A stretch of DNA of 64,000 nt from Candidatus Parcubacteria bacterium. GTDB taxonomy: Bacteria > Patescibacteriota > Patescibacteriia > UBA1558 > GWA2-36-10. The notes under the pieces were generated by a model. The model was given only the letters and a program-made list of their open reading frames with translations, was not told the origin of the DNA and made no database searches. Every line of letters begins with the position of its first letter. Position 1 is the first letter of the stretch. The stretch lies in the NCBI GenBank assembly GCA_018669975.1, contig JABHSK010000005.1, forward strand, positions 57,123-121,122, read 5' to 3'. The translations under genes were made by a program, and so were the position numbers. Shown here one piece after another: positions 33,289 through 42,456 of this stretch.

Positions 33289-34083
33289 ATGGAAAATAAT
33301 AAAAAACTTATCTTGATAATTGTTGTAGTTGTACTTGTATTGGCGGTAGTTGGTTTTATTTTGATGCGTAGTATGTCAAAGTCAGATGACAATGTAAATA
33401 ATCAAAATACCAATAGCATTTTATCCACCAACGACAATATACAGCCAGGAGACAATGGAAATGGAGGTGGTTTAAGTACTAGTTATAAATATCGGGACGC
33501 TGAATTTATACATTTGTTAGATGGTTTAGAAGAGGAGGACCTATTGGCCCTTAGGGACACAAAAGGTTATTTGATGTCTAACAAAATGTATCAAATATGT
33601 TTGCGATCTGCTGATGCTGATGAGCAAGAGGAGTGTCTAGAAAGATTAAGGGTTTATCAAATAAATCAAATAGGCAAACCAGAAATGTGTGACCAATTAG
33701 ACACCAGTAGAGATAGTTGCCTGATGAACATTGCTGTAGGTGATAATGATACAAATATATGTAAAGACATTAGCGATCAGGATTTACAGAAGGAATGTAT
33801 AAATTTAATTATTCATTCTTACGCTTTACAACAAGATGATGCTTCTATATGTTATGAGGCATTTGATGAAGAGAATAAGTTAAATTGCATGAAGGCAGTG
33901 GCTCACGAGCACCAGGATTTAGATTATTGTGATACAGATATCATGGTTAATAATGATTTGGGTGACACCTGCCGAAGTATAGTTTTGATAAATCATGTAT
34001 CAGCTAATAACGACAATAGTATTTGTGAGCAGATTCCTTTGCAGGATTATAAGGATATGTGCTTTACTGAGTTTGCATTATAA
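33289..34083 (+). CDS. Membrane-anchored Cys-rich repeat protein
   Basis: N-terminal TM helix, Asn-rich linker, repeated 'D..IC..I.....K..C' units. Confidence 0.75.
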   Translation: MENNKKLILIIVVVVLVLAVVGFILMRSMSKSDDNVNNQNTNSILSTNDNIQPGDNGNGGGLSTSYKYRDAEFIHLLDGLEEEDLLALRDTKGYLMSNKMYQICLRSADADEQEECLERLRVYQINQIGKPEMCDQLDTSRDSCLMNIAVGDNDTNICKDISDQDLQKECINLIIHSYALQQDDASICYEAFDEENKLNCMKAVAHEHQDLDYCDTDIMVNNDLGDTCRSIVLINHVSANNDNSICEQIPLQDYKDMCFTEFAL

Positions 34084-34099
34084 ATTAAATTAGATATTT

Positions 34100-34984
34100 A
34101 TGTTTGATGATTTGAAACAAGATGACCAACAAACAGGGACTCAGGCTCCTCAACCAGCTCCGGCAACTCCACAACCTCAACAACCGGTTCAGCCAGCTGC
34201 TCCGACGCAACCTGCTCCAGTGGCACCAGTTCCTCAACCAGCTCCGGCAACTCCACAACCTCAACAACCGGTTCAGCCAGTTACTCCGACAGGATCAGCA
34301 GCTGATATGTTTGCAGATATAGATCCAGTAGCTGACAAGCCTAGTGCTATTCAATCTGGTAAAATGAAACCAGTTTCTAGTACGGCTGTGCCACCGCCAG
34401 CTGTTCCGACTGCGGCCGACATGATGGTTCGTGATAACGGAGGAGGGGGACTAAAAAAAGTCTTGATTATTGCAGTGGCTTTGATTTTAGTTTTTATAGT
34501 AGTAGCTGGAGTATTTTATTTTATTGGCAATAAAGTAGAGACTGATACAGATGGTGATCAAGCAGCTGTTACAAATACCAATGATAATATTGTTAGCAAC
34601 ACGAATGATGATGTGCCACCCACACAACCTGTCGAGGACATAAATAATGACTTGGGTGATGATGATTTTGATGGTTTAAATAATGGGGAAGAAAGGAAGT
34701 TGGGCACTGATCCGTTAGATCCAGACACTGACAATGATGGTTTATATGACAGCGAGGAAGTCAGGACATATCAGACCAATCCTTTACTTGATGACACTGA
34801 TAATGATGGTCTGTCAGATCATGCTGAGGTTATAATATATACTACCAATCCAAATAATCCAGATACTGACGATGATGGCTTCAATGATGGTACAGAAGTG
34901 GAAAATGGTTATAATCCAAATGGTTCTGGAAAATTGGAAGATTTAATACCACCAGTAGGAAATTTAAATACTAATCAAAATTAA
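34100..34984 (+). CDS. Bitopic membrane protein with Pro/Gln-rich cytoplasmic tail and TSP3-like Ca-binding repeats
   Basis: One TM helix; repeated DTD.DGL.D..E....T.P...DTD.DG motifs. Confidence 0.8.
   Translation: MFDDLKQDDQQTGTQAPQPAPATPQPQQPVQPAAPTQPAPVAPVPQPAPATPQPQQPVQPVTPTGSAADMFADIDPVADKPSAIQSGKMKPVSSTAVPPPAVPTAADMMVRDNGGGGLKKVLIIAVALILVFIVVAGVFYFIGNKVETDTDGDQAAVTNTNDNIVSNTNDDVPPTQPVEDINNDLGDDDFDGLNNGEERKLGTDPLDPDTDNDGLYDSEEVRTYQTNPLLDDTDNDGLSDHAEVIIYTTNPNNPDTDDDGFNDGTEVENGYNPNGSGKLEDLIPPVGNLNTNQN
34147..34280 (+). repeat. Exact 50-nt direct repeat (84-nt period) encoding PQPAPATPQPQQPVQP
   Basis: 34147-34196 is identical to 34231-34280. Confidence 0.9.
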
Positions 34985-34989
34985 TTGTT

Positions 34990-36114
34990 ATGTTTGACGA
35001 CAATAAAGTAGGAAATAAAATAGATGACCCTGCTGCTGATATTTCTGAAGAGCAACAAGAAGTTGCTCAGGTTTTAGGTGAAAATAAATCAGAGGTTGCT
35101 AATGGTAAACCAAATCAACAGACAGTGGTGATTAAGGATGAGGATATTCACTCAATGCCAGTAAAATTTTTACCTAATAAGCCACAACAAGCAGCAAATA
35201 AAGCGAGTGTTAGTAGCGGCAAAGGCGGCGGCGGTAAAAAAATAGTATGGGTGTTTGTTGGCTTGATTGTATTTTTGGGAGTTATTATCGGTGGCGGTTT
35301 ATGGTTTATTAATAGTTATAACAAGCCACCAGTAGATCAGGGTAATAACGTGAATCAAGGTGATGTTGTCAGTGACAATACAAATACAGAAGATAATACT
35401 AATACTAACACCAATACTAATGATAATGTAAATACTAATACTAACACCAATACTAATGATAATGTAAATACTAATACTAACACCAATACTAATGATAATG
35501 TGTCACCTCCACCTCCACCACCAACTTCAGCGCTTGACGCAGATAATGATGGACTAACACAATTAGAAGAAGGTATTTATTTTACAAATTCAAATCGTGA
35601 TGATACCGATAGAGATAACTATAAAGATGGTGTAGAGGTGAGTAATCTTTATAATCCACTGGTGCCAGGAGAGGGAGAGTTCTTGGTAGATTCTGGTTTA
35701 GTGACCAAGTATGCAGATGCTTCAGGTTATAATTTATTAAGGCCAAAGAATTGGGTCGCAGAGGCATCTGAGGAACATACAGTAATTTTCATACCAGATG
35801 CGGGGACAGGGGAGCTTATTAGTCTATTGGCCATGCCTAATGAAAATAATATTTCATTGGATACTATTTTTTCTGAAATACCAGATTTGTTGCAGCCACG
35901 CGCAGACTATGTAAATTTTTCTTTAGCTGATCAACCAGCCTTGAAGACCATTGATGGTTTTGGGGTGCTTATGGTGACGGAGGCTTATATTTATATTATT
36001 GATTATGACTTGGGTGGAGTTAGTCAGCCAAACTTTAGTACTACTTTTGGCATGATGCTTAGAAGTTTCACCTTAGGTGAAAAAGATGATGATATGTTAA
36101 ATGATGAACAATAA
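34990..36114 (+). CDS. Bitopic membrane protein with Asn/Thr repeat linker, TSP3-like repeats and a PsbP-like C-terminal domain
   Basis: One TM helix; (NT)n linker; DADNDGL..LEE and DTDRDNYKDG.EV; 'YNLLRPKNW' C-terminal domain. Confidence 0.75.
   Translation: MFDDNKVGNKIDDPAADISEEQQEVAQVLGENKSEVANGKPNQQTVVIKDEDIHSMPVKFLPNKPQQAANKASVSSGKGGGGKKIVWVFVGLIVFLGVIIGGGLWFINSYNKPPVDQGNNVNQGDVVSDNTNTEDNTNTNTNTNDNVNTNTNTNTNDNVNTNTNTNTNDNVSPPPPPPTSALDADNDGLTQLEEGIYFTNSNRDDTDRDNYKDGVEVSNLYNPLVPGEGEFLVDSGLVTKYADASGYNLLRPKNWVAEASEEHTVIFIPDAGTGELISLLAMPNENNISLDTIFSEIPDLLQPRADYVNFSLADQPALKTIDGFGVLMVTEAYIYIIDYDLGGVSQPNFSTTFGMMLRSFTLGEKDDDMLNDEQ
35395..35501 (+). repeat. 36-nt coding tandem repeat, three copies (NTNTNTNTNDNV)
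   Basis: AATACTAATACTAACACCAATACTAATGATAATGT(A) repeated three times head to tail. Confidence 0.9.
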
Positions 36115-36529
36115 AATAATAAATATAAATAAAAGAGGTTTTAGTGCAGATTTTTCTTGGTTGCCAGATATAGAAAAGATATTTAGTAGTAGTTTTAAAA
36201 AGGATTTTAAAAAAAGTAGATCTATCTCTATAGCTTTAGTTGGCGCAGAAGAGATAAAGCAATTGAATCAAGTTTATCGTCGCAAAAATAAGATTACAGA
36301 TGTACTGTCATTCAATATGGATAGTGATCAGATACTAGGTGAGGTGATTATATGTTTAGAGCAGGCCAAAGCACAGGCTAAGGTCAAACAAAAAACACTT
36401 AAATCAGAATTGCAATTACTGACGATCCACGGAATATTACATTTACTTGGTTATGATCATGAACGTGGTGAAAAATATGCCGCCCAACAAGAGCTTGCCC
36501 AAGAGAAGATTTTAAATTTACTGAATTAA
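36101..36529 (+). CDS. ybeY: rRNA maturation RNase YbeY
   Basis: LN..YR.K...TDVLSF, LGEVII and HGILHLLGYDH. Confidence 0.95.
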   Translation: MMNNKIININKRGFSADFSWLPDIEKIFSSSFKKDFKKSRSISIALVGAEEIKQLNQVYRRKNKITDVLSFNMDSDQILGEVIICLEQAKAQAKVKQKTLKSELQLLTIHGILHLLGYDHERGEKYAAQQELAQEKILNLLN

Positions 36530-36532
36530 CTT

Positions 36533-36874
36533 ATGAGTAGTAGACTTTTTCGTAGTTTCCGACATGCCTTTCGGGGTTTAAGGACTGCACTGAAGACAGA
36601 GAAGAACTTCAGAATACACGTAGCCATTACTATATTAGTAATTATATTGGCTTGGTATAAGGATATTGGCCGAATTTCATGGGTAGTCTTACTCTTGGTG
36701 ATGGCCTTGGTGATGGCCTTGGAAATATTTAATTCAGCCATAGAACGCTTAGTAGACATGTTGGCACCAAAGACACATAGTTTTGCCAAAGAGATTAAGG
36801 ACTTACTAGCAGCCATGGTTTTGATAGTATCTTTATTCGCTGTAGCTATAGGTTTGATAATCTTTCTGCGGTAA
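36533..36874 (+). CDS. dgkA: Diacylglycerol/undecaprenol kinase
   Basis: SF.HAFRG...E.NFR.H, E.FNSAIE.LVD and KD..AA.VL; follows ybeY. Confidence 0.9.
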   Translation: MSSRLFRSFRHAFRGLRTALKTEKNFRIHVAITILVIILAWYKDIGRISWVVLLLVMALVMALEIFNSAIERLVDMLAPKTHSFAKEIKDLLAAMVLIVSLFAVAIGLIIFLR

Positions 36875-36949
36875 TTTTAAAAATATTTGGCAAGAATCAA
36901 TAATTTAGTTATAATTAATAATCATAATACCCTAAAATAGTTTTAAAGA

Positions 36950-38200
36950 ATGGCTAAAAATAGAGACATAATTACAGGTTTGGATGTAGGCAGCAGTGCT
37001 GTCCGTATTGTGATGGCTGAGAAGCTGTCCGATGGTCGTCTTAAGGTAATTGGAGCCGCAGAGACTTCATCCGAAGGCGTTAGTAGAGGTAGCATTACTT
37101 CAATAGAGGCTGCTGTTTCTTCTATCTCAGAAACCATAGAGAAATGTGAACGAATGACAGGTTTGAGAGTGGATAGGATGGTGGTGGGTATGTCAGGCAT
37201 ACACATTAAAATGGTCAATAGTAAGGGTGTGGTAGCTGTAGCTAAGGCTAATGAGCAAGTAGAGTATTCTGATATAGATCGAGCCCTAGAAGTGGCCGAA
37301 AGTACAACTACAGTGCCAAACTATGAAATTATCAATGTTTTGCCTATTAGCTATAATTTAGATGACCAAAAAAACATCAAAGAGCCACAAGGTATGTCAG
37401 GTGTTCGTCTAGAGGTAGAGACGCAGATTATTATGTCACTATCATCACAGGTTAAAAATTTAACAAAGTGTATTTATAGGACGGGTGTTGATATTGATGA
37501 TATTGTTTTTTCTATCTTAGCCACCTCTGAAGCAGTGTTGACTCCTAAACAAAAAGAACTAGGTGTGGCTGTGGTAGATATTGGTTCAGCCACCACTTCT
37601 TTGGCTATCTTTGAAGAAGGTAATATTTTACATACAGCTATTTTACCAATTGGCGCTGGGCACATTACCAATGATTTAGCTATTGGCCTAAAGACATCGG
37701 TTGATGTAGCTGAGGCAGTTAAAAAAGATCATGCGCAGGCGTTAGCCGAAGGAATTTCTAAAAGAGATGAGATTGATTTGCACAAATATTCAGAAGAAGA
37801 AAAGAAAGGTTCCTATGTTTTTAAAAAGGACATTTCTGAGATATCAGAAGCTAGAATGGAAGAGGTTTTTTCCATGGTTAACGATGAATTGAAAAAAATT
37901 GACAGAGATGGTAAATTACCTTCTGGAATCGTTTTAACAGGTGGAGGAGCTAAATTACCCCTAGTTATTGATTTGGCTAAGCAAGTATTCAACTTGCCAG
38001 TATTTATGGGATTGCCAGTTGAAAGCAATTTTCCTATAGATAAGTTAAATGATCCTGAGTATACCACTGCTTTAGGCTTGGTAATTTGGGGTGATAAAAA
38101 CATTGATGAAGGTGGAAGTTTTTTTAACAATATAACAGCAGTTAAACAGAGCACAGATAAGATGAGGTCTTGGTTTAGATCTTTATGGCCCTCATCATAG
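36950..38200 (+). CDS. ftsA: Cell division protein FtsA
   Basis: GLDVGSS, P.GMSGVRLE, VDIGSATT, IVLTGGGAKL and P.YTTALGL. Confidence 0.96.
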   Translation: MAKNRDIITGLDVGSSAVRIVMAEKLSDGRLKVIGAAETSSEGVSRGSITSIEAAVSSISETIEKCERMTGLRVDRMVVGMSGIHIKMVNSKGVVAVAKANEQVEYSDIDRALEVAESTTTVPNYEIINVLPISYNLDDQKNIKEPQGMSGVRLEVETQIIMSLSSQVKNLTKCIYRTGVDIDDIVFSILATSEAVLTPKQKELGVAVVDIGSATTSLAIFEEGNILHTAILPIGAGHITNDLAIGLKTSVDVAEAVKKDHAQALAEGISKRDEIDLHKYSEEEKKGSYVFKKDISEISEARMEEVFSMVNDELKKIDRDGKLPSGIVLTGGGAKLPLVIDLAKQVFNLPVFMGLPVESNFPIDKLNDPEYTTALGLVIWGDKNIDEGGSFFNNITAVKQSTDKMRSWFRSLWPSS

Positions 38201-38221
38201 TTTTAAATAATAAACAAAACG

Positions 38222-39400
38222 ATGGTAAAAAAGAAAAACATAAAAGAAGTCGTGCCTCCTATTGAGACTTTTGCCAGCATTAAGGTTGTTGGTGTTGGTG
38301 GTTCAGGTGGTTCAGCTGTCAATAGAATGGTTTCTGCAAAAATTCGAGGAGTAGATTTTATAGCGGTTAATACTGACGCACAAGCCCTTCATCATTCTAT
38401 AGCGCCAAGTAAGGTGCACATTGGACGTGATACTACCAAGGGGTTAGGTGCTGGTATGGATCCTGATTTAGGCCTTAAAAGTGCTGAGGAAAATGAGCAG
38501 GAAATCATGAACATGTTGGATGGTTCTGATATGGTTTTTATAACCTGCGGTTTAGGTGGCGGTACTGGAACTGGTGCAGCCCCAATCATTGCTGATATAG
38601 CTAGAGAGGTCGGAGCTTTGACAGTGGCCGTAGTGACTAAGCCTTTTACTTTTGAGGGCGTACAACGCAAAGATATTGCCGAAAGAGGTTTGGAGCGCTT
38701 ATTAGATAAAGTAGATACTATTATTACCATACCAAACGATCGATTATTACAAATTATAGATAAAAAAACATCATTATTAGAAGCCTTTGCCATTGTTGAT
38801 GAAGTGTTAAAGCAGGGCGTACAGGGTATCTCTGAAGTTATTACTGTGCCAGGATTGGTTAATGTTGATTTCGCTGACGTAAAAACTATCATGAATAGTT
38901 CTGGTTCTGCCTTGATGGGTATTGGTAAATCTAGTGGAGAGAATAGAGCTAGAGAAGCAGCTAAAGCCGCTATTGATAGTCCTTTATTAGAGTTGTCCAT
39001 TGATGGTGCTACTGGAGTTTTATTTACTATCACCGGTAGTTCAGACTTATCAATGTTTGAGGTCAATGAGGCAGCTGAAGTAGTTACTTCTAGCTGTTCT
39101 TCAGACGCTAAAATCATTTTTGGTGCAGTTATTGATGAGGAATTAGGTGATGAGGTCAAGGTAACCGTTATAGCTACTGGTTTTAAATCTGATGTAGAGG
39201 CTACTAGAGAGTCATCTGCAGTTCAGCCAAGTATTTCTTATCCAGAAACTTTTTCTAAAAAAGAAGAAGAGAGGACAGTTAAGAAAGCTTTTAGAAAAGA
39301 AAAAGAAGAAGAGGAAAATGTAGAAGATGTGCCAAAGAGCAGGGAAGAGGAAGAATTGGATATTCCAGCATTTTTGAGGAAGAAATTGAAAAATAGATAA
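38222..39400 (+). CDS. ftsZ: Cell division protein FtsZ
   Basis: GGGTGTG tubulin signature, NVDFADV and C-terminal LDIPAFLRK. Confidence 0.98.
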   Translation: MVKKKNIKEVVPPIETFASIKVVGVGGSGGSAVNRMVSAKIRGVDFIAVNTDAQALHHSIAPSKVHIGRDTTKGLGAGMDPDLGLKSAEENEQEIMNMLDGSDMVFITCGLGGGTGTGAAPIIADIAREVGALTVAVVTKPFTFEGVQRKDIAERGLERLLDKVDTIITIPNDRLLQIIDKKTSLLEAFAIVDEVLKQGVQGISEVITVPGLVNVDFADVKTIMNSSGSALMGIGKSSGENRAREAAKAAIDSPLLELSIDGATGVLFTITGSSDLSMFEVNEAAEVVTSSCSSDAKIIFGAVIDEELGDEVKVTVIATGFKSDVEATRESSAVQPSISYPETFSKKEEERTVKKAFRKEKEEEENVEDVPKSREEEELDIPAFLRKKLKNR

Positions 39401-39865
39401 ATGAATTGTCCTAGTTGTAATTCAAATGAAACTAAAGTTATAGACTCTCGTCTTAGTGGCGAGGGTTTTAGTATTAGGCGAAGAAGATCATGTCAGAGTT
39501 GTAGTTTTAGATTTTCTACCATTGAAGAAATAGAAATATTAGATCTAGTGGTTATTAAGAGGGATGGACATAGAGAAAATTATACTCGTGATAAATTAAT
39601 TAGAGGTTTACGTACCTCATTGGAAAAACGAGCTTATCTAGAAGAAGATTTTAGGCGAATGATTAGTGAGATCGAAAGAGATATACAAAAAAAGGCCACT
39701 ACTGAGATTACTTCTCAGCAAATGGGCGAGATAATCATGAAACGTCTTAAAGCTTTTGATCAGGTAGCTTATATCCGTTATGCCTCAGTTTATCGATCTT
39801 TTAAGGACGCTAAAACTTTTCAAAAAGAGCTTAATCGTTTGTTAAAAAAGAAAAATAAAAAATAG
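39401..39865 (+). CDS. nrdR: Transcriptional repressor NrdR
   Basis: CPSC...KVIDSR...IRRRR.C..C..RF.T.E zinc ribbon, ATP-cone and VAYIRYASVY. Confidence 0.96.
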   Translation: MNCPSCNSNETKVIDSRLSGEGFSIRRRRSCQSCSFRFSTIEEIEILDLVVIKRDGHRENYTRDKLIRGLRTSLEKRAYLEEDFRRMISEIERDIQKKATTEITSQQMGEIIMKRLKAFDQVAYIRYASVYRSFKDAKTFQKELNRLLKKKNKK

Positions 39866-39925
39866 TTATTAACAGTTGCTTAATTGTATATTGCGTGTTA
39901 AGATAATTTTACTTTGACAATTATA

Positions 39926-40088
39926 TCAGGGAAGCGAGGTTAGATTCCTCCACAGTCCTAGCTACGGTATATCCCCAAAGGGGTAAAGTCCGACACCTGA
40001 GTTTTATTCTTTTTTCTAAGGAGAGAAAGGGCAAATTTATTATAAAGATAATAACTTTATCCGTCCTCTCCTTAATGGGGAGTTTTTT
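39926..40088 (+). promoter_or_regulatory. Cobalamin (B12) riboswitch with terminator/antiterminator platform
   Basis: TCAGG-GAA...GAGG-TTAGATT-CCTC...CAG...GCTACGGTA...AAGTCCGA-cac-CTGA matches the short cobalamin riboswitch core (39926-40000). AAGGAGAG/CTCTCCTT competes with the terminator CTCCTT-aat-GGGGAG-T6. Upstream TTGCTT-17-TAAGAT promoter. Confidence 0.8.
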
Positions 40089-40133
40089 AATAGTTAAAAT
40101 TGTTCTTTATCAATAAATCAAGGAGGTAGAGCG

Positions 40134-40622
40134 TTGAACATCACTCGTCGTAAAGTTGTTAAACGGGGGTTGGGTATTCTAGTGTTTGCTCCGTTTGTGA
40201 GCTTGAGTAGTCTTCTATCGGGATGCATGAATATCACTGATCCCGAGGTAGAGTTACCGAAGCAACCCGAACAGCCATTGGCTGACAAGTCCGAACCAGA
40301 GGATCTAGTGCAATCAGGTACTGTAGCTGATTTTTTACAGAGGCGGGTAATATCTATTGAGTATTACGAGCAGTCTGATTGGAATTGTGGCTCTGGTCTA
40401 TTATTGATGAAGCACCTGGTGACTTCTCGTGGAGACCATGGTCTAGATGGGTATGAATATTTTATCAACGGAGAGTGTGTCCAGGAGGCTATTAATTTAG
40501 TTGATTTCAATCCCAGTCAGAGATTGTCTATTAAACGAAATGGACAGCGTGTCTGGAGCTATAAGCCTAGGACCAGACCTAATGTTCATATGCATGAACA
40601 AGCTCTACCAGAACCAACTTGA
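40134..40622 (+). CDS. Putative lipoprotein with DUF4430 (transcobalamin C-terminal-like) domain
   Basis: AAGGAGG SD plus TTG start; TRRKVVK twin-Arg-like signal and LSGC lipobox; 'YEYFING' DUF4430-like motif; downstream of the B12 riboswitch. Confidence 0.6.
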   Translation: MNITRRKVVKRGLGILVFAPFVSLSSLLSGCMNITDPEVELPKQPEQPLADKSEPEDLVQSGTVADFLQRRVISIEYYEQSDWNCGSGLLLMKHLVTSRGDHGLDGYEYFINGECVQEAINLVDFNPSQRLSIKRNGQRVWSYKPRTRPNVHMHEQALPEPT

Positions 40623-40684
40623 TAATTTATGGTGTGGTGTAATATCACCACACCAAGTTTTTATAAAAAATTAATCAGATAATT

Positions 40685-42451
40685 ATGAAAAAAGTTTTAT
40701 TTTTAATTTTTGCTATTAGTCTAGTGTTTAGTCCTGGCCTGATTAAAGCTGACTATAGTAATACTATTGATTATCTACAATCTCAAACACAAAATGCTTG
40801 GACCACGCAGGCTTTGGCAGCGGCCAATGTCAATAATTCAGATGTTTCTTATATTGATGCAAGTACTAGTGATTTGATGACTGCTATTAAAAGTGTGCTA
40901 GCTTTAGCGGCTAACAATAGTCAAGATCAAGATGTAGTTATTAGCTTGAGTGATACTATCAACAGCAACATGTCTGCTGGACAACTTGGATCAGCTGATT
41001 TGCTCAACGATGATTTCTGGGGGTTAATGGCTTTGAAGTCAATTGGTCAAACAGATAATATTGATACTATTAAAGATTTTATTTTAAGTGCACAAAACAC
41101 AGATGGTGGCTGGGGTTGGTCTACTACAGCTGGTTCAGATAGTAATGATACAGCGGCAGCAGTTATGGCTCTTTTAGACGCTGGATTCACAAGCTCAGAT
41201 GCACAGCTGGCTGCAGCCTTAGCTTATATTCAAACTACTCAAAATGATGACGGTGGTTTTGGTTATGATGTTGATAGTGATTCAGATGGTGCTTCCACAG
41301 CTTGGGTGATTGCTACTTTAAACAAGTCTAATGTTAGTCCTAGTACTTGGGAAAAAAATAATAACAACCCAGTGTTATTTTTAGAGAGCCTACAACAGGC
41401 AGATGGTTCATTTTTATGGTTGCCTTCAGATCAACAGGGATCAGCCATGGTAACGGCTTATGCTTTATTAGCTTTATCAGATGGTACTTATCCAGTTAAT
41501 TATATTCAACTAAATGATGACCAGTCAGAAGTAGGGGTAGATTTAAGAATTGAGGGGCCTACAGAAACTATTTGTCTAGCAGCTGATTTGCAGGCTAGTA
41601 CAGTTTTAGAGTTATTAGAAACAGCGGCTGATGCTTGTGATTTTGAATACATAGCTGAGGATACCGCCTATGGCACCTATGTTTCTAGTATAGGTGGTGT
41701 AGACGCGCAAGGTATGGAGGGTTGGCAGTATTGGGTTGATTGGCAGTCGGCCACTGTGGGTGCAGCTGACTACCAGCTGTCTGATGGTGAGGATGTATTA
41801 TGGGCCTATGGTCAATTTGATATTAAACCAAGTAGAGTAGAAATTAATAGTACTGTGCTGGATACTTCAGAAAGTTTGATAGTTACAGTTCAACATTTTG
41901 ATGGCAGTGATTGGCTTGCCTGGCCGTCAGCTGAACTACATATTGGTTCAGAAACATATCATAGTGGAGATAATGGTCAATTGACTATTACCCTAAACAA
42001 TGATGGTGTCTATGAAGTTTGGGCAGAGCAGAGCAGTGCTTACATTCGCAGTAATAAGCTCTATGTAACAGTAGGAGATGGAGTGTCCAATACAGTAGAT
42101 CTGTTGGTTGATATAGAATCAGATGGTTCAGGTTCTGGTCAGGATGCTATTGCATTCTCAGTTAGTCAATCTAACATTAATTTTGGTAGTCTTAAGCCAG
42201 GCCAGTCAGCCGACACTATTCTTAGTTTAAATAATACTGGTAATGTTAGTGTTTATATTGAAGCTAGTATTTTAGGAGATGACATTTTTAAAGATAATGT
42301 AAGTTTAGGGCAGTCCATGTGGGAGGACTTTAATATATATTTGCCAACAACTGATTCTAATTCAGTCAACGTTGGTTTGGAAATACCCAACTCATTTTCT
42401 GGTAGCGGACAAAAGAGTGGTCAGTTAATATTTTGGGCTACCAATAATTAG
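40685..42451 (+). CDS. Secreted protein with prenyltransferase/squalene-oxidase alpha-barrel repeats plus DUF4430 (transcobalamin-like architecture)
   Basis: Signal peptide; Q..DGG(W/F)G......SD...TA repeats; YGTYVSSIGG...GWQYWVD...GAADYQLSDGEDVLW. Confidence 0.75.
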   Translation: MKKVLFLIFAISLVFSPGLIKADYSNTIDYLQSQTQNAWTTQALAAANVNNSDVSYIDASTSDLMTAIKSVLALAANNSQDQDVVISLSDTINSNMSAGQLGSADLLNDDFWGLMALKSIGQTDNIDTIKDFILSAQNTDGGWGWSTTAGSDSNDTAAAVMALLDAGFTSSDAQLAAALAYIQTTQNDDGGFGYDVDSDSDGASTAWVIATLNKSNVSPSTWEKNNNNPVLFLESLQQADGSFLWLPSDQQGSAMVTAYALLALSDGTYPVNYIQLNDDQSEVGVDLRIEGPTETICLAADLQASTVLELLETAADACDFEYIAEDTAYGTYVSSIGGVDAQGMEGWQYWVDWQSATVGAADYQLSDGEDVLWAYGQFDIKPSRVEINSTVLDTSESLIVTVQHFDGSDWLAWPSAELHIGSETYHSGDNGQLTITLNNDGVYEVWAEQSSAYIRSNKLYVTVGDGVSNTVDLLVDIESDGSGSGQDAIAFSVSQSNINFGSLKPGQSADTILSLNNTGNVSVYIEASILGDDIFKDNVSLGQSMWEDFNIYLPTTDSNSVNVGLEIPNSFSGSGQKSGQLIFWATNN

Positions 42452-42456
42452 ATTAT

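Noticed and set aside
34147-35501. Direct and tandem repeats as a possible CRISPR array
   Set aside because: They are in-frame coding repeats without unique spacers, and no cas genes are present.
36694-36722. 12-nt tandem duplication in dgkA (CTTGGTGATGGC x2)
   Set aside because: In-frame within a TM helix and protein length is normal; no sign of functional significance.
38392-39159. 255-aa antisense ORF in ftsZ and many similar short antisense or overlapping ORFs
   Set aside because: Antisense shadows of conserved genes, a by-product of codon bias.
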